Below are positions 29,850 through 41,910 of a DNA stretch of 64,000 nt, one piece after another. Under the pieces are notes generated by a model. The model had not been told where the DNA came from and did no database searches. It saw only the letters and a list, made by a program, of their open reading frames with translations. The stretch spans positions 3,506 through 67,505 of the forward strand of contig SHXO01000001.1 of the NCBI GenBank assembly GCA_009693245.1, read 5' to 3'. This DNA is from Betaproteobacteria bacterium (lineage in GTDB: Bacteria; Pseudomonadota; Gammaproteobacteria; Burkholderiales; SHXO01). How positions within the stretch are numbered: position 1 is the first letter of the stretch; each line of letters opens with the position of its first letter. A program made the position numbers and the translations under genes.

Positions 29850-31259
29850 CTACCCGGGTTCGCGGTGCGGTTCCTTGTCTTCAATACCGAGATCTTGAAT
29901 CTTGCGGGTTAGGGTGTTGCGTCCCACGCCCAGGAGGTGGGATGCCTCGATGCGCCGCCCGCCCGTGTGGGCGAGTGCCTTGAGGATGAGAGTGCGTTCG
30001 AATTGTCGTGTCATGTCGTGCATGAGATTATGTTCGCCGCGGTGCAATGCGCTTTCCGCCTCCTTCTCCAACGCGCTCACCCAGTTGTCCGAGTGCGCAC
30101 TACGCTGCCCTGCGCGAAATTCCGGGGGCATATCGGCAATGTCCACATTGACCCCGGGCGCCATGACGGTCAGCCAATGACAGAGATTTTCCAACTGCCG
30201 AACATTGCCCGGTAAGTCATGAGCGCCCAGGCACTTCATCGCGGCTTCGGATAATCGTTTGGGTTCCACGCCGATATCCTTCGCACTCTTGGCAAGGAAG
30301 TGACGAGCCAGCAGAGGAATATCCTCGGGGCGTTCACGCAGCGCCGGGATGCGGATTCGGATCACATTCAGGCGGTGAAACAAATCCTCGCGGAATAACC
30401 CTTGGCGTACCCGTTGTTCGAGATCCTGGTGCGTGGCCGCGATGATTCGCACGCTGGCGCGGATGGACTGATGGCCCCCCACGCGGTAGAAATTCCCATC
30501 GGAGAGCACGCGCAAGAGGCGGGTTTGCAGCTCCGCGGGCATGTCGCCGATTTCATCGAGGAACAACGTGCCGCCCTCGGCTTGCTCGAAGCGCCCGCGG
30601 CGCATGTTCTGCGCGCCCGTGAAGGCGCCACGCTCGTGGCCGAAGAGTTCGGACTCCAGTAAGTCCTTGGGAATGGCGGCGGTGTTGATGGCGATGAAGG
30701 GTTTTTCCTTGCGCGGGCTATGTTCGTGCAAGGCGCGCGCGACGAGTTCTTTTCCGGTTCCGGAATCGCCATTGATCAATACGGTGGCGTGGGACTGCGA
30801 AAGCCTGCCGATGGCGCGAAACACCTCTTGCATGCTGGCCGCTTGGCCGAGAATATTGGTCTCGGCATCGCTCACATCGGCGCCGTGTTCCTGGCGCATG
30901 CTTTCCTCAATGGCCCGGCGTATGAGGGCCACCGCGTGATCGACATCGAAGGGCTTGGGCAGGTATTCGAAGGCGCCTCCCTGAAAGGCGGCCACCGCGC
31001 TATCCAGATCGGAGTAGGCCGTCATGATGATGACGGGAAGCGCGGGATATTGCTCCTTGGCCTTTTGCAGGAGTTCGAGCCCGGAGCCACCGGGCATTCG
31101 GATGTCGCTTACGATCACTTGAGGCTGCGTTTGGGCCAGTGCGCTGAGCGCTTCGCGCGCGGAAGAGAAAAGCCGGAAATCGATATCCTCGCGCTGAAGG
31201 GTTTTTTCGAACACCCAACGGATGGAACGATCATCGTCCACGATCCAAACTGGTTTCAT
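29850..31259 (-). CDS. ntrC: nitrogen regulation protein NR(I), sigma-54-dependent response regulator NtrC
   Basis: Receiver domain (VWIVDDD...DIRMPGGSG), AAA+ domain with GDSGTGKE and GAFTGA, and a C-terminal Fis HTH; downstream of ntrB and glnA. Confidence 0.92.
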   Translation of the reverse strand: MKPVWIVDDDRSIRWVFEKTLQREDIDFRLFSSAREALSALAQTQPQVIVSDIRMPGGSGLELLQKAKEQYPALPVIIMTAYSDLDSAVAAFQGGAFEYLPKPFDVDHAVALIRRAIEESMRQEHGADVSDAETNILGQAASMQEVFRAIGRLSQSHATVLINGDSGTGKELVARALHEHSPRKEKPFIAINTAAIPKDLLESELFGHERGAFTGAQNMRRGRFEQAEGGTLFLDEIGDMPAELQTRLLRVLSDGNFYRVGGHQSIRASVRIIAATHQDLEQRVRQGLFREDLFHRLNVIRIRIPALRERPEDIPLLARHFLAKSAKDIGVEPKRLSEAAMKCLGAHDLPGNVRQLENLCHWLTVMAPGVNVDIADMPPEFRAGQRSAHSDNWVSALEKEAESALHRGEHNLMHDMTRQFERTLILKALAHTGGRRIEASHLLGVGRNTLTRKIQDLGIEDKEPHREPG

Positions 31260-31265
31260 GATTAT

Positions 31266-32408
31266 CTATCCCGGTGCAGGTTTCGCGGTTGCCAAGGTGA
31301 TGTCGGGAACGGGTTCGCTGGCATGAAAAGGCAGCAGCAAAGTAAAGCAAGTGCGACCCGGTTCGCTCTCGACTTCGATAATGCCATGGTGCTGCTGTAT
31401 GTAGTTCTGCGCGATGGTGAGGCCCAGGCCCGTGCCATCTTCACGCCCGGAAAATAGGGGATGAAAAACCTTGTCCTGGATGTCCTTGGCGATGCCAGGT
31501 CCGTTGTCGGTGATCTGGATCATGGCGGCGATACGGTGCAGGCGGCGCGCCATGGTGACTTGCCGCGCGACGCGAGTGCGGATAACGATCTCGCCCTTGC
31601 CGTGCAAGGCCTGCGCGGCGTTACGGGTAACGTTGAGGACGGCTTGGATGATTTGCTCCTGGTCCGCCATGAGTGGCGGCAAACTCACATCGTAGTCGCG
31701 CCGGATACGCAGGCCGTTGGGGTACTCGGCGGTCAGCAGGCTGCGTACTCGCTCCAGGGCCTCGTGGATATTCATCGGGGCTGGTTTAGGCCGCCGGTTG
31801 GCAAGCAACCGGTCCATGAGGGTTTGCAGGCGGTCGGCTTCCTTCATGATGACTTGCGTGTATTCGTGCAGGTCGGCGCGGTCCAATTCGCGTTCTAGAA
31901 GTTGGGCTGCTCCGCGGATACCTCCCAGGGGATTCTTGATTTCGTGGGCGAGGTTTCGCAGCAGCGCCCGGTTGGCTTCGGACTGGTCAAGCATTCGTTC
32001 GTCCCGGGCCATGCGCAATTGCTGGTGGAGTTCGACGAATTCCAGCACGAAACCGGAGAAGCCGCCGGTGTCCAGGGGAGACGCCGTGCACGACACCTCG
32101 ACCTTCGGCTGGCCTGCCGGCGTCACGGTCAGGCCATGCAAAGTGAAGCTGGCGGACCGTACCTGTGCCTGTTCCACGAGGCCCTCCAGATCCGGGCTTT
32201 CCGGGAATGCGTCAGCGAGAGGAACATCGAGCACGTGGCGCTGGCTAATCTTGAAAAGATTCTCCGCGGCGGGATTGACGTAGGCGATGCGATGCTCGGC
32301 GTTCAACGCCACCACCGCAGTGGCTAGCGCCTCCAGGCCGCCCGTGGCAAACGTAGCGCGAGAGGTAGCGTGCAATGTTGCATGGGACCGGTCAGTCATC
32401 GTTAACAC
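31266..32408 (-). CDS. ntrB: nitrogen regulation sensor histidine kinase NtrB
   Basis: PAS domain, H-box LAHEIKNPLGGIRGAAQLL, and N/G boxes (NVTRNAAQAL, DNGPGI, GTGLGLTIA). Start is GTG 32408 or ATG 32399. Confidence 0.9.
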   Translation of the reverse strand: MLTMTDRSHATLHATSRATFATGGLEALATAVVALNAEHRIAYVNPAAENLFKISQRHVLDVPLADAFPESPDLEGLVEQAQVRSASFTLHGLTVTPAGQPKVEVSCTASPLDTGGFSGFVLEFVELHQQLRMARDERMLDQSEANRALLRNLAHEIKNPLGGIRGAAQLLERELDRADLHEYTQVIMKEADRLQTLMDRLLANRRPKPAPMNIHEALERVRSLLTAEYPNGLRIRRDYDVSLPPLMADQEQIIQAVLNVTRNAAQALHGKGEIVIRTRVARQVTMARRLHRIAAMIQITDNGPGIAKDIQDKVFHPLFSGREDGTGLGLTIAQNYIQQHHGIIEVESEPGRTCFTLLLPFHASEPVPDITLATAKPAPG

Positions 32409-32451
32409 CTAAGCCACTCCTACACTCGTGCTCGATGATGCCGGCGGGCGC

Positions 32452-32931
32452 TCATCGAAGGTTGTTGATTTCCTTATTAAGCGAATCGATATTGCGTTGA
32501 TGCTGCTCGACTCTGTCCTGATAGGGCTTGAGCCGGTCGAGTACGCGCTGATAATTTCGCTCGTCACCGCTTCGGGCGGCCTCCTGCTCCGCGAGGGCTT
32601 GCCGCGCCTCGTCCAGGAGCTGGCGTTCCCGGGCTAATTCATCCTGCAAGATTCCTAGCCGGTCATTGTCGCGGCGTGCTTGCGTGGAGCTGTCCACCTT
32701 GGGTTTTGGCGCGGATTCCACCGAGCGCTCCTCGCGCTTGGGGGATTCCGCGGTGGCGGGCGGCGGGGCCGCGGTCTTGAAGCACACGACTTTCTTCGCG
32801 TTCTTGAGGGGTACCGTCGAGTAGACGGTTCTTCCGTCCTCGTCGACGTACCTGCAAATGTCCGCTGCCGGCGCGAAGGACCAGCTAACACTTAACAACA
32901 CTGTCACGATAAATTTCTTTCCGCCGAGCAT
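32452..32931 (-). CDS. DUF4124-like secreted protein with a coiled-coil tail
   Basis: Signal peptide, then CRYVDEDGRTVYSTVP (DUF4124-like), a Pro/Ala-rich linker and a heptad-like C-terminus. It sits between glnA and ntrB. Confidence 0.5.
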   Translation of the reverse strand: MLGGKKFIVTVLLSVSWSFAPAADICRYVDEDGRTVYSTVPLKNAKKVVCFKTAAPPPATAESPKREERSVESAPKPKVDSSTQARRDNDRLGILQDELARERQLLDEARQALAEQEAARSGDERNYQRVLDRLKPYQDRVEQHQRNIDSLNKEINNLR

Positions 32932-33003
32932 GAGCTTTCCTTGGATGGTTCCAGACCTTTATTAACGACTCAATGGGCTCACGGATACAACAATTCAGCC
33001 TCG

Positions 33004-33032
33004 AAGGAGCGAGGCCCTGGGCCTCGCTCCTT
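33004..33032 (-). terminator. strong hairpin immediately after the glnA stop
   Basis: Perfect 13-bp stem AAGGAGCGAGGCC / GGCCTCGCTCCTT with a 3-nt loop, 8 nt downstream of the glnA stop. There is no clear U-tract. Confidence 0.55.
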
Positions 33033-33039
33033 GGCGCGT

Positions 33040-34452
33040 TTATAGGCTGTAATACATGTCGAACTCGACGGGGTGCGTGGTCATGCGAAAACGCGTAACC
33101 TCCTCCATCTTGAGGGCTATGTAGGCATCGATCATTTCGTTGGTGAATACGCCGCCGCGGGTCAAGAACTCGCGGTCGCGATCCAGATAATCCAATGCCA
33201 TGTCCAGAGACGAGCACACGTTGGGAACCTTCTTGGCTTCCTCCGGCGGCAAGTCGTAGAGGTTCTTGTCGATGGGGTCACCGGGGTGGATCTTGTTTTG
33301 AACGCCATCCAGGCCCGCCATCATCATCGCGGCAAACGCGAGGTAAGGATTGGCGGTTGGGTCGGGGAACCGAACTTCGATGCGTCGCGCCTTGGGACTG
33401 GACACGAAGGGAATGCGGATGGAGGCTGAGCGGTTGCGAGCCGAATAAGCCAAGTTAATGGGGGCCTCGAAACCGGGAACCAAACGCTTGTAGGAGTTCG
33501 TGCCGGGGTTCGTGATGGCGTTTAGTGCGCGCGCATGCTTGATGATTCCCCCGATGTAGTACAGCGCGAACTCGGAGAGCCCCGAGTAGCCGTTACCCGC
33601 GAACAGGTTCTGCCCGCCCTTCCAGATGGATTGGTGAACGTGCATCCCCGAGCCGTTGTCGCCGACGATGGGCTTGGGCATGAAGGTGGCGGTCTTGCCA
33701 TAGGAGTGAGCCACCATTTGGACGGTGTACTTCAAGATTTGCATCCAGTCGGCGCGCTGGACCAGAGGTGCGTACTTGGTGCCGATCTCGCATTGCCCAG
33801 GGGCCGCCACTTCGTGATGATGCACTTCGACTTCCACGCCTTGCTCTTCCAACGCCATGCACATGGCGGAGCGGATGTCTTGCAGGGAGTCCACGGGTGC
33901 CACGGGGAAATACCCGCCCTTGACCGGAGGGCGGTGGCCCTTGTTCCCGCCTTCGATCTCTTCGCCCGTCATCCAGGGCGCTTCTTCGGAGATCACCTTG
34001 ACGAAGCAGCCGGACATGTCCACGCCCCAACGTACGGAATCGAAAACAAAAAACTCGGGCTCGGGGCCAAAGTAGGCAGTGTCGCCCAGGCCGGTGGCCT
34101 TCAAATAGGCTTCAGCTTTCTTGCCGATGGACCGCGGATCGCGGTCATAGGGCTTGCCGTCGGCGGGTTCCAGAACATCGCAGGACAGCACCAAAGTTGG
34201 CTCATCGGTGAACGGATCCATGCGGACGCTACTGGGATCGGGCATGAGCAGCATGTCGGAAGCCTGTATTCCCTTCCACCCCGCGATGGAGGAGCCATCG
34301 AAGGCGTGACCGTCTTCGAACTTCTCCATTCCGAAGGCCTTAACGGGTACGGACACGTGTTGTTCCTTCCCGCGGGTATCGGTAAAACGAAAGTCAACGA
34401 ACTTCACTTCGTTGTCTTTGATCATATTGAGTACATCTGCCGCCGTAGTCAT
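33040..34452 (-). CDS. glnA: glutamine synthetase type I
   Basis: From ATG 34452: [32 protein letters not shown]. It has GS-I motifs and an adenylylation-loop region (NLYDLPPEE). About 470 aa. Confidence 0.95.
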   Translation of the reverse strand: MTTAADVLNMIKDNEVKFVDFRFTDTRGKEQHVSVPVKAFGMEKFEDGHAFDGSSIAGWKGIQASDMLLMPDPSSVRMDPFTDEPTLVLSCDVLEPADGKPYDRDPRSIGKKAEAYLKATGLGDTAYFGPEPEFFVFDSVRWGVDMSGCFVKVISEEAPWMTGEEIEGGNKGHRPPVKGGYFPVAPVDSLQDIRSAMCMALEEQGVEVEVHHHEVAAPGQCEIGTKYAPLVQRADWMQILKYTVQMVAHSYGKTATFMPKPIVGDNGSGMHVHQSIWKGGQNLFAGNGYSGLSEFALYYIGGIIKHARALNAITNPGTNSYKRLVPGFEAPINLAYSARNRSASIRIPFVSSPKARRIEVRFPDPTANPYLAFAAMMMAGLDGVQNKIHPGDPIDKNLYDLPPEEAKKVPNVCSSLDMALDYLDRDREFLTRGGVFTNEMIDAYIALKMEEVTRFRMTTHPVEFDMYYSL

Positions 34453-34490
34453 TTCATGAATCTCCCGGTTGTTGTGATAGCGTGCTCGAA

Positions 34491-34506
34491 GCAGGAAAAC
34501 GGGCCA
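34491..34506 (-). promoter_or_regulatory. sigma-54-like element upstream of glnA (TGGCCCGTTTTCCTGC), spacer 1 nt longer than canonical
   Basis: The reverse complement reads TGGCCCG TTTT CCTGC. The GG and GC dinucleotides are 13 nt apart rather than 12. It lies about 40 nt upstream of the glnA ATG. Two CGCACC/GGTGCG half-site-like motifs sit further upstream at 34603-34640. Confidence 0.4.
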
Positions 34507-34518
34507 TTGTGGCGCAGG

Positions 34519-34548
34519 TATCATGCCGACCGATGAGTCGGCATGATA
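34519..34548. repeat. perfect 12-bp inverted repeat TATCATGCCGAC-N6-GTCGGCATGATA in the glnA/rhodanese divergent region
   Basis: Read directly from the sequence. It lies between the sigma-54-like element and the upstream half-sites. Confidence 0.6.
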
Positions 34549-34721
34549 GCGATATAAATCATGTAGTTATTATCGCTTGCCTCGCTTAGTGCGCGCTTGA
34601 TTGGTGCGTCCGGATATGGAGCCAGTCCATTATGGTGCGGCGGGGATATTCGTGCAATCCCAGTTCCGCTCGGGAGCAGAGGGGATTAGCATCGCAGGAA
34701 GAAATAAGGAGGGGGTGCGGT

Positions 34722-35174
34722 ATGGCAACAATCGAGGAGATTCTCAAGCGGTCGCGTCAAAGGGCTGAAGAACACAACCTTACGTACGAGGGCGCGCTAT
34801 TGCCCTCGGAGGCGTTCGAGTTACTACAGGAGCGGGAGGATGCGGTGCTTATCGATGTGCGCACCCGCGCGGAGTGCGATTACGTTGGCCGCATACCAGG
34901 TAGCATCCAGATCGAGTGGCAGACCTATCCTGGAGGCGTCTCCAATCCCCGGTTTCTGGAGCAACTTCAACAAGCGGTACCCAAAACCTCGGCCGCCTTA
35001 TTCATCTGCCGTAGTGGCGCCCGCTCGCATGCCGCCGCTGCCGCCGCCAAAAGCGCGGGTTACGTGGAGTGCTTCAATGTCTTGGAGGGATTCGAGGGCG
35101 ATAAGGATCACCAGGGACACCGGAATTCGGTAGGGGGATGGCGCTTCGCGGGACTGCCCTGGATACAGTCTTAG
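34722..35174 (+). CDS. rhodanese-like domain protein
   Basis: ATG 34722 is preceded by AAGGAGGGGG. LIDVRTRAECDYVGRIPGSIQIEW and the active-site loop CRSGARS. Confidence 0.75.
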   Translation: MATIEEILKRSRQRAEEHNLTYEGALLPSEAFELLQEREDAVLIDVRTRAECDYVGRIPGSIQIEWQTYPGGVSNPRFLEQLQQAVPKTSAALFICRSGARSHAAAAAAKSAGYVECFNVLEGFEGDKDHQGHRNSVGGWRFAGLPWIQS

Positions 35175-35207
35175 ATGCCGTGAGTGGGCGCTAACTGTTT
35201 GTCCAAC

Positions 35208-36032
35208 TTAGTGTGGGCCCCAGTCCACCCATCCAGTATATGCACTTACTAACACGGCGATTCCGAAGGCGATCCGGTACCAGGCAAAGGGTTTGAAGTC
35301 GTGGTTCGCCACGTACCGGATGAGCCAGCGTATGCAGAGGTAGGCGGACAGAAAGGAGGAAATGAGGCCTACTGCAAACATCGGAAGATCGCTTATGTGG
35401 AGAATATCCTGGTGCTTATAGAGATCGTAGGCACCAGCCGCGATCAAGGTCGGCACCGCCAGGAAGAACGAAAACTCCGTCGCGGCTCGGCGCGACAGCC
35501 CAAACAACATGCCGCCGATGATGGTTGCGCCGGATCGCGATGTTCCGGGAATAAGGGCGAAGCATTGGGCGAAACCCACCTTCAGGGCGTCCACCCACGT
35601 CATGTGGTCCACGGTATCGATTCGTATCGCGCGATTCTTGCCTTCCACCCACAGGATGATGAAAGCGCCGGCGATGAACGCGATGGCTACCGGCACGGGA
35701 GCGAATAAATACCCCTTGATGATCTTTCCCAGCAGGAGCCCCAGGACCCCCGCCGGTATGAAAGCGACGAGAACATTCAGCGCAAAGCGCTGGGCGGCTG
35801 GCCGCGAGGTAAGACCCCTTAGCACCGTTGCAAAGCGTGCTCTGTATTCCCAAACCACCGCGAGCATGGCGCCCGTTTGAATCGCCAGCTCAAAGACTTT
35901 GCCCTTGGCGTCGTTGAAGTCCAGCAACGCCCCGGCCAAGATCAAATGGCCCGTACTGGAGACGGGTAGAAATTCCGTGAGCCCTTCAACAATACCGAGG
36001 ACGAGCGCTTTGAATAGGATAAGAAAATCCAC
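35208..36032 (-). CDS. uppP: undecaprenyl-diphosphate phosphatase
   Basis: [30 protein letters not shown] and [10 protein letters not shown] motifs; 274 aa; polytopic. Confidence 0.92.
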   Translation of the reverse strand: MDFLILFKALVLGIVEGLTEFLPVSSTGHLILAGALLDFNDAKGKVFELAIQTGAMLAVVWEYRARFATVLRGLTSRPAAQRFALNVLVAFIPAGVLGLLLGKIIKGYLFAPVPVAIAFIAGAFIILWVEGKNRAIRIDTVDHMTWVDALKVGFAQCFALIPGTSRSGATIIGGMLFGLSRRAATEFSFFLAVPTLIAAGAYDLYKHQDILHISDLPMFAVGLISSFLSAYLCIRWLIRYVANHDFKPFAWYRIAFGIAVLVSAYTGWVDWGPH

Positions 36033-36080
36033 GAAGGATGGGTCTGTGCCGGAGCTGAGGACTACGTATTTACGGCAGAG

Positions 36081-38698
<2,618 letters not shown>

Positions 38699-38730
38699 GC
38701 GTTACTAAGAAGCCTCTTACTGGAGATCCA

Positions 38731-40062
38731 ATGAGGAAGACCCTCCTTGCTTTTGTCCTTTCCGCCGTCCTACCCTTGGCCTGGGGTGACGACTTACTGA
38801 AAATATACCGCGACTCCGTCAAGGCCGATCCCGCCTATGCCGGCATTCGGGCGCAAGTTGAAGCGGCCAGGGAAAGAGTGGTTCAAGGCCGTTCGACCTT
38901 GTTGCCCCAAATAAATTTGGGGGGTAATACGAAATGGAACGATGTCGACGTCAAGTCGGACAACACCACTCTCATATCCAACAACAGTCAAAGCTTCACT
39001 TCATGGCAGGCAGGCATCAACGCATCTCATCCGCTCTACCGGCCGCAGAATAGCGCGACCTATACGCAGAGCAAAGCGGGCTTGCAGCAAGCCGAGGCTC
39101 AATTGGCGCTTTCGGGGCAGCAACTCATGGTACGAGTGTCGGAGGCCTATTTCGCCGTGCTGCTGGCACAAGATACGGTGGAATATCTGAAATCGCAGGA
39201 AGCCGCCATCTCCGAGCAGCTCGCCCAGGCCAAGCGTAACTTCGAGGTGGGGAACGCCACCATCACGGATACCTACGATGCCCAGGCACGAGCCGACCTA
39301 GTGCGCGCGCAACAGGTGAGGGCCAAGAACGATTTCGAAGTCAAGATGCGTGCGCTGCAACAGATCATCGGCCGTTTGCCCGCGAGACTATCGGTACTTG
39401 TGGATCCGATCAGCTTGAGCCTGCCAGAGCCCAATGACATAGACCGTTGGGTGGAGCAGGCTTATAAGAGCAGCTGGGAAGTTTTTGTTCAAAAATCGGT
39501 TCTTGAGCAATCGGAGGCCGAGCTCACCAAGACACGCGGGGGAAGAAACCCCACGGTGGATGCCGTGAGCGGCCTGAATTACGACGCCACCAATAACATC
39601 AGCTTCGGTGTCGGAACGGACACGAGAACCTTTTTCGTCGGTGTCGAACTGGGCTACCCGTTGTATACGGGCGGGAACCTGAGCGCCAAGGTACGCGAAG
39701 CCATCGCCAATCGCAGCAAGGCCGAGCAAGACTACGAATTGACCCGCCGCCAAGTTGCGCAGAGTACGAGGGAAGCTTTTCTCGGCGTGGTGTCGGGATT
39801 GGCGGAGATCAAGGCGTTGGACCAAGCTCTGGCTTCCAATAAGCTTTCGCTCGACGCGACCAAGCTTGGGAAGGGAGTCGGCGTTCGCACACAGGTGGAC
39901 GTGCTCAATGCACAGGAGCGGCTCTTCAGCGCGCGCAGGGATCTTCAGCGCGCGCGCTACTCGGCCATTGTCAACCAGCTCAAGTTGAAGCAGGCGGTGG
40001 GTAAGCTCACGGAGCGTGACATCGAAGTCCTCAATACGCTTTTGCGAGAGCAAAAATCCTAG
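38731..40062 (+). CDS. tolC: TolC family outer membrane channel
   Basis: ATG 38731 with signal peptide MRKTLLAFVLSAVLPLAWG. Duplicated OEP repeats (LLKIYRDSVKADPAY..., YELTRRQVAQSTREAFLGV). Confidence 0.85.
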   Translation: MRKTLLAFVLSAVLPLAWGDDLLKIYRDSVKADPAYAGIRAQVEAARERVVQGRSTLLPQINLGGNTKWNDVDVKSDNTTLISNNSQSFTSWQAGINASHPLYRPQNSATYTQSKAGLQQAEAQLALSGQQLMVRVSEAYFAVLLAQDTVEYLKSQEAAISEQLAQAKRNFEVGNATITDTYDAQARADLVRAQQVRAKNDFEVKMRALQQIIGRLPARLSVLVDPISLSLPEPNDIDRWVEQAYKSSWEVFVQKSVLEQSEAELTKTRGGRNPTVDAVSGLNYDATNNISFGVGTDTRTFFVGVELGYPLYTGGNLSAKVREAIANRSKAEQDYELTRRQVAQSTREAFLGVVSGLAEIKALDQALASNKLSLDATKLGKGVGVRTQVDVLNAQERLFSARRDLQRARYSAIVNQLKLKQAVGKLTERDIEVLNTLLREQKS

Positions 40063-40065
40063 TGG

Positions 40066-40680
40066 GTGCCAGCATCGATGGAGGATACGCTCGCACAACG
40101 CAAGCGCGCGCTTCGGCGCGAAGTGGCCGGGTGGCGTGACGCGCTGCCCGAATCCTCTCGCCGGTTGTTCTCCCAACTGATTACCGAGCGTCTTCTCGGC
40201 TGCAAGGAAATCGAGCAAGCCCAGGCGGTACTCGCCTACGTCTCCATGGGTAGTGAAGTACAGACGGGGGCGTTCCTGCATCACATTCTGGATCATGGCA
40301 AACGGCTGGTACTCCCGCGAGTCAACCGGGAAAAACGCTGCCTGGAACTCTTTTGGGTGAACGACCTTCTCCTGGATCTGGAGCCCGGCACGTGGGGTAT
40401 ACGCGAGCCCCTACGCAAGCGCTGCGAGGAGGTGCTGGACACGAGATCGATCGGCGCGGTCCTGGTTCCTGGGGTGGCATTCACCCCGGCTTGCGAACGC
40501 ATGGGCTACGGCGGCGGGTTCTACGACAAGTTGCTAGGCGGCTGGCAGGGGGAGCGCTTCTTTATCGCCGCCGCCTATGACCTGCAAATAATGGAGCACG
40601 TCCCCACGGGTCCGCTGGATGTGGGTGTCGGCCGGATCGTCACGCCTACCCGCATGTTCGAGCGCCCGTTACAGTCCTAG
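40066..40680 (+). CDS. 5-formyltetrahydrofolate cyclo-ligase
   Basis: LRREV...YVSMGSEVQT...LVLPRV...WGIREP...VLVPGVAFTPACERMGYGGGFYDKLL. Start is GTG 40066 or ATG 40078. Confidence 0.8.
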   Translation: MPASMEDTLAQRKRALRREVAGWRDALPESSRRLFSQLITERLLGCKEIEQAQAVLAYVSMGSEVQTGAFLHHILDHGKRLVLPRVNREKRCLELFWVNDLLLDLEPGTWGIREPLRKRCEEVLDTRSIGAVLVPGVAFTPACERMGYGGGFYDKLLGGWQGERFFIAAAYDLQIMEHVPTGPLDVGVGRIVTPTRMFERPLQS

Positions 40681-41910
40681 AGCCTCCAAGACCCGTTGCG
40701 TCGCGCCTGCATGAGTTTTCATTAGTGCCTGTCCGGCCTCCCCCATGGATCGTAGCCGCGCGGGCTCTTCGAGCAGCGCCAAGGCGGCGTCCATGGCTTC
40801 GCCCGCGGTATCTACTTGCATGACCGCGCGGGCTTCCAAGGCCGCTCGCGTTGCGTCCGCGAAGTTGAACATGTGCGGCCCCACAATCGCGGGTTTGCCC
40901 ACGGCGCAAGCTTCCAGCAGATTCTGGCCGCCCAGTTCGAGAAACCCGCCGCCAATCACCGCCACGTCGCTGGCTGCGTAGTAGGCGAACATTTCTCCCA
41001 TGCTGTCGCCGAGCCAGACCTCTGTTGCCGCATCCACCTCTTCGTCGTGGCTGCGGCGCTGGTATCGTAGTTCGCGCTGCTCGATCAATTTCGCCACCTC
41101 GTCGAAACGCTGCGGATGGCGCGGCACCAAAACCATCAACACGTCGCGCCGGGCGGCATCACGCCAGGCGTCAAGAAAAAAACCTTCTTCGCCTTGCCTG
41201 GTGCTCGCCACCAGAAGCACGGGCCTGCGGCCTAGGTACTTCCGCAGTTTCTCCGCGAGCAGGTAGTCGCCCGGTTGCGCGCCGCGGTCGAATTTGAGAT
41301 TGCCGCAAGTGACGACCCTGGCCGCGCCAAGGTTTTGAAAGCGGGCGCTGTCCGCTTCGGCTTGCGTGGCGATCGTTGTCGTGGCACGGAGTACTTGCGC
41401 GGTAAAAGAAGAAACGTAGCCATAACGGCGCGCGGAGCGTTCCGAGAGCCGGGCGTTGGCGATGTAGACCGGAACACCTTGCTTTCGGCAGCCAAGGATG
41501 AGCTCTGGCCACAATTCCGTTTCCATCAAGATGCAGAGCCTTGGTTGGTGGGTGCGCAGAAACCTATGCACAGCGTGCGGCAGGTCATAGGGCAAGTACG
41601 CTTGCTGGACGCCATCGCCGAACAACTGTTCGCCACTTATACGGCCCGTGGGCGTGGTGCAAGTGAGCAAGATGGGCACGCCAGGATGGCGTGCCTGAAT
41701 TGCGCGGATCAAAGGCTCGGCCGCGCGCGTTTCGCCCACGGAAACCGCGTGAATCCAAATAGGACGGCCTCCTCCGGCGGCGCGAGAACGGCCAAAGCGT
41801 TCAGACAGGTTTCTCAGGTATTCCGGTTGCCGCCGCGCGCGCCAGCCGAGCCTTAGCATCGCCCCTGGCAATGCAAGCCAAACCAGCAGGCGATAGAGGA
41901 ACCGGATCAA
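40669..41910 (-). CDS. waaA: 3-deoxy-D-manno-octulosonic acid (Kdo) transferase
   Basis: From TTG 41910 (TTGA overlap with the waaC stop) the N-terminus reads (M)IRFLYRLLVWLALP, typical of WaaA. Also IWIHAVSVGETRAA and the C-terminal GT30 domain. The track start at 42036 overlaps waaC. Confidence 0.88.
   Translation of the reverse strand: MIRFLYRLLVWLALPGAMLRLGWRARRQPEYLRNLSERFGRSRAAGGGRPIWIHAVSVGETRAAEPLIRAIQARHPGVPILLTCTTPTGRISGEQLFGDGVQQAYLPYDLPHAVHRFLRTHQPRLCILMETELWPELILGCRKQGVPVYIANARLSERSARRYGYVSSFTAQVLRATTTIATQAEADSARFQNLGAARVVTCGNLKFDRGAQPGDYLLAEKLRKYLGRRPVLLVASTRQGEEGFFLDAWRDAARRDVLMVLVPRHPQRFDEVAKLIEQRELRYQRRSHDEEVDAATEVWLGDSMGEMFAYYAASDVAVIGGGFLELGGQNLLEACAVGKPAIVGPHMFNFADATRAALEARAVMQVDTAGEAMDAALALLEEPARLRSMGEAGQALMKTHAGATQRVLEALGL

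Noticed and set aside
33535-34536. Long antisense or shadow ORFs in the track. Examples: 33535..34536(+) opposite glnA, 6902..7717(-) opposite rsmB, 57601..58356(-), 59300..60097(-), 60128..60730(-), 55349..55879(-), 8701..9168(-).
   Set aside because: They lie entirely opposite genes with strong family signatures. Their products are Arg/Pro/Gly/Ala-rich and low in complexity, as expected for non-coding frames in GC-rich DNA. None shows a recognisable motif.
40669-40680. 12-nt convergent overlap between the 5-formyl-THF cyclo-ligase and waaA 3' ends.
   Set aside because: Short convergent overlaps are common in compact genomes. Both C-termini look complete, so nothing further is implied.
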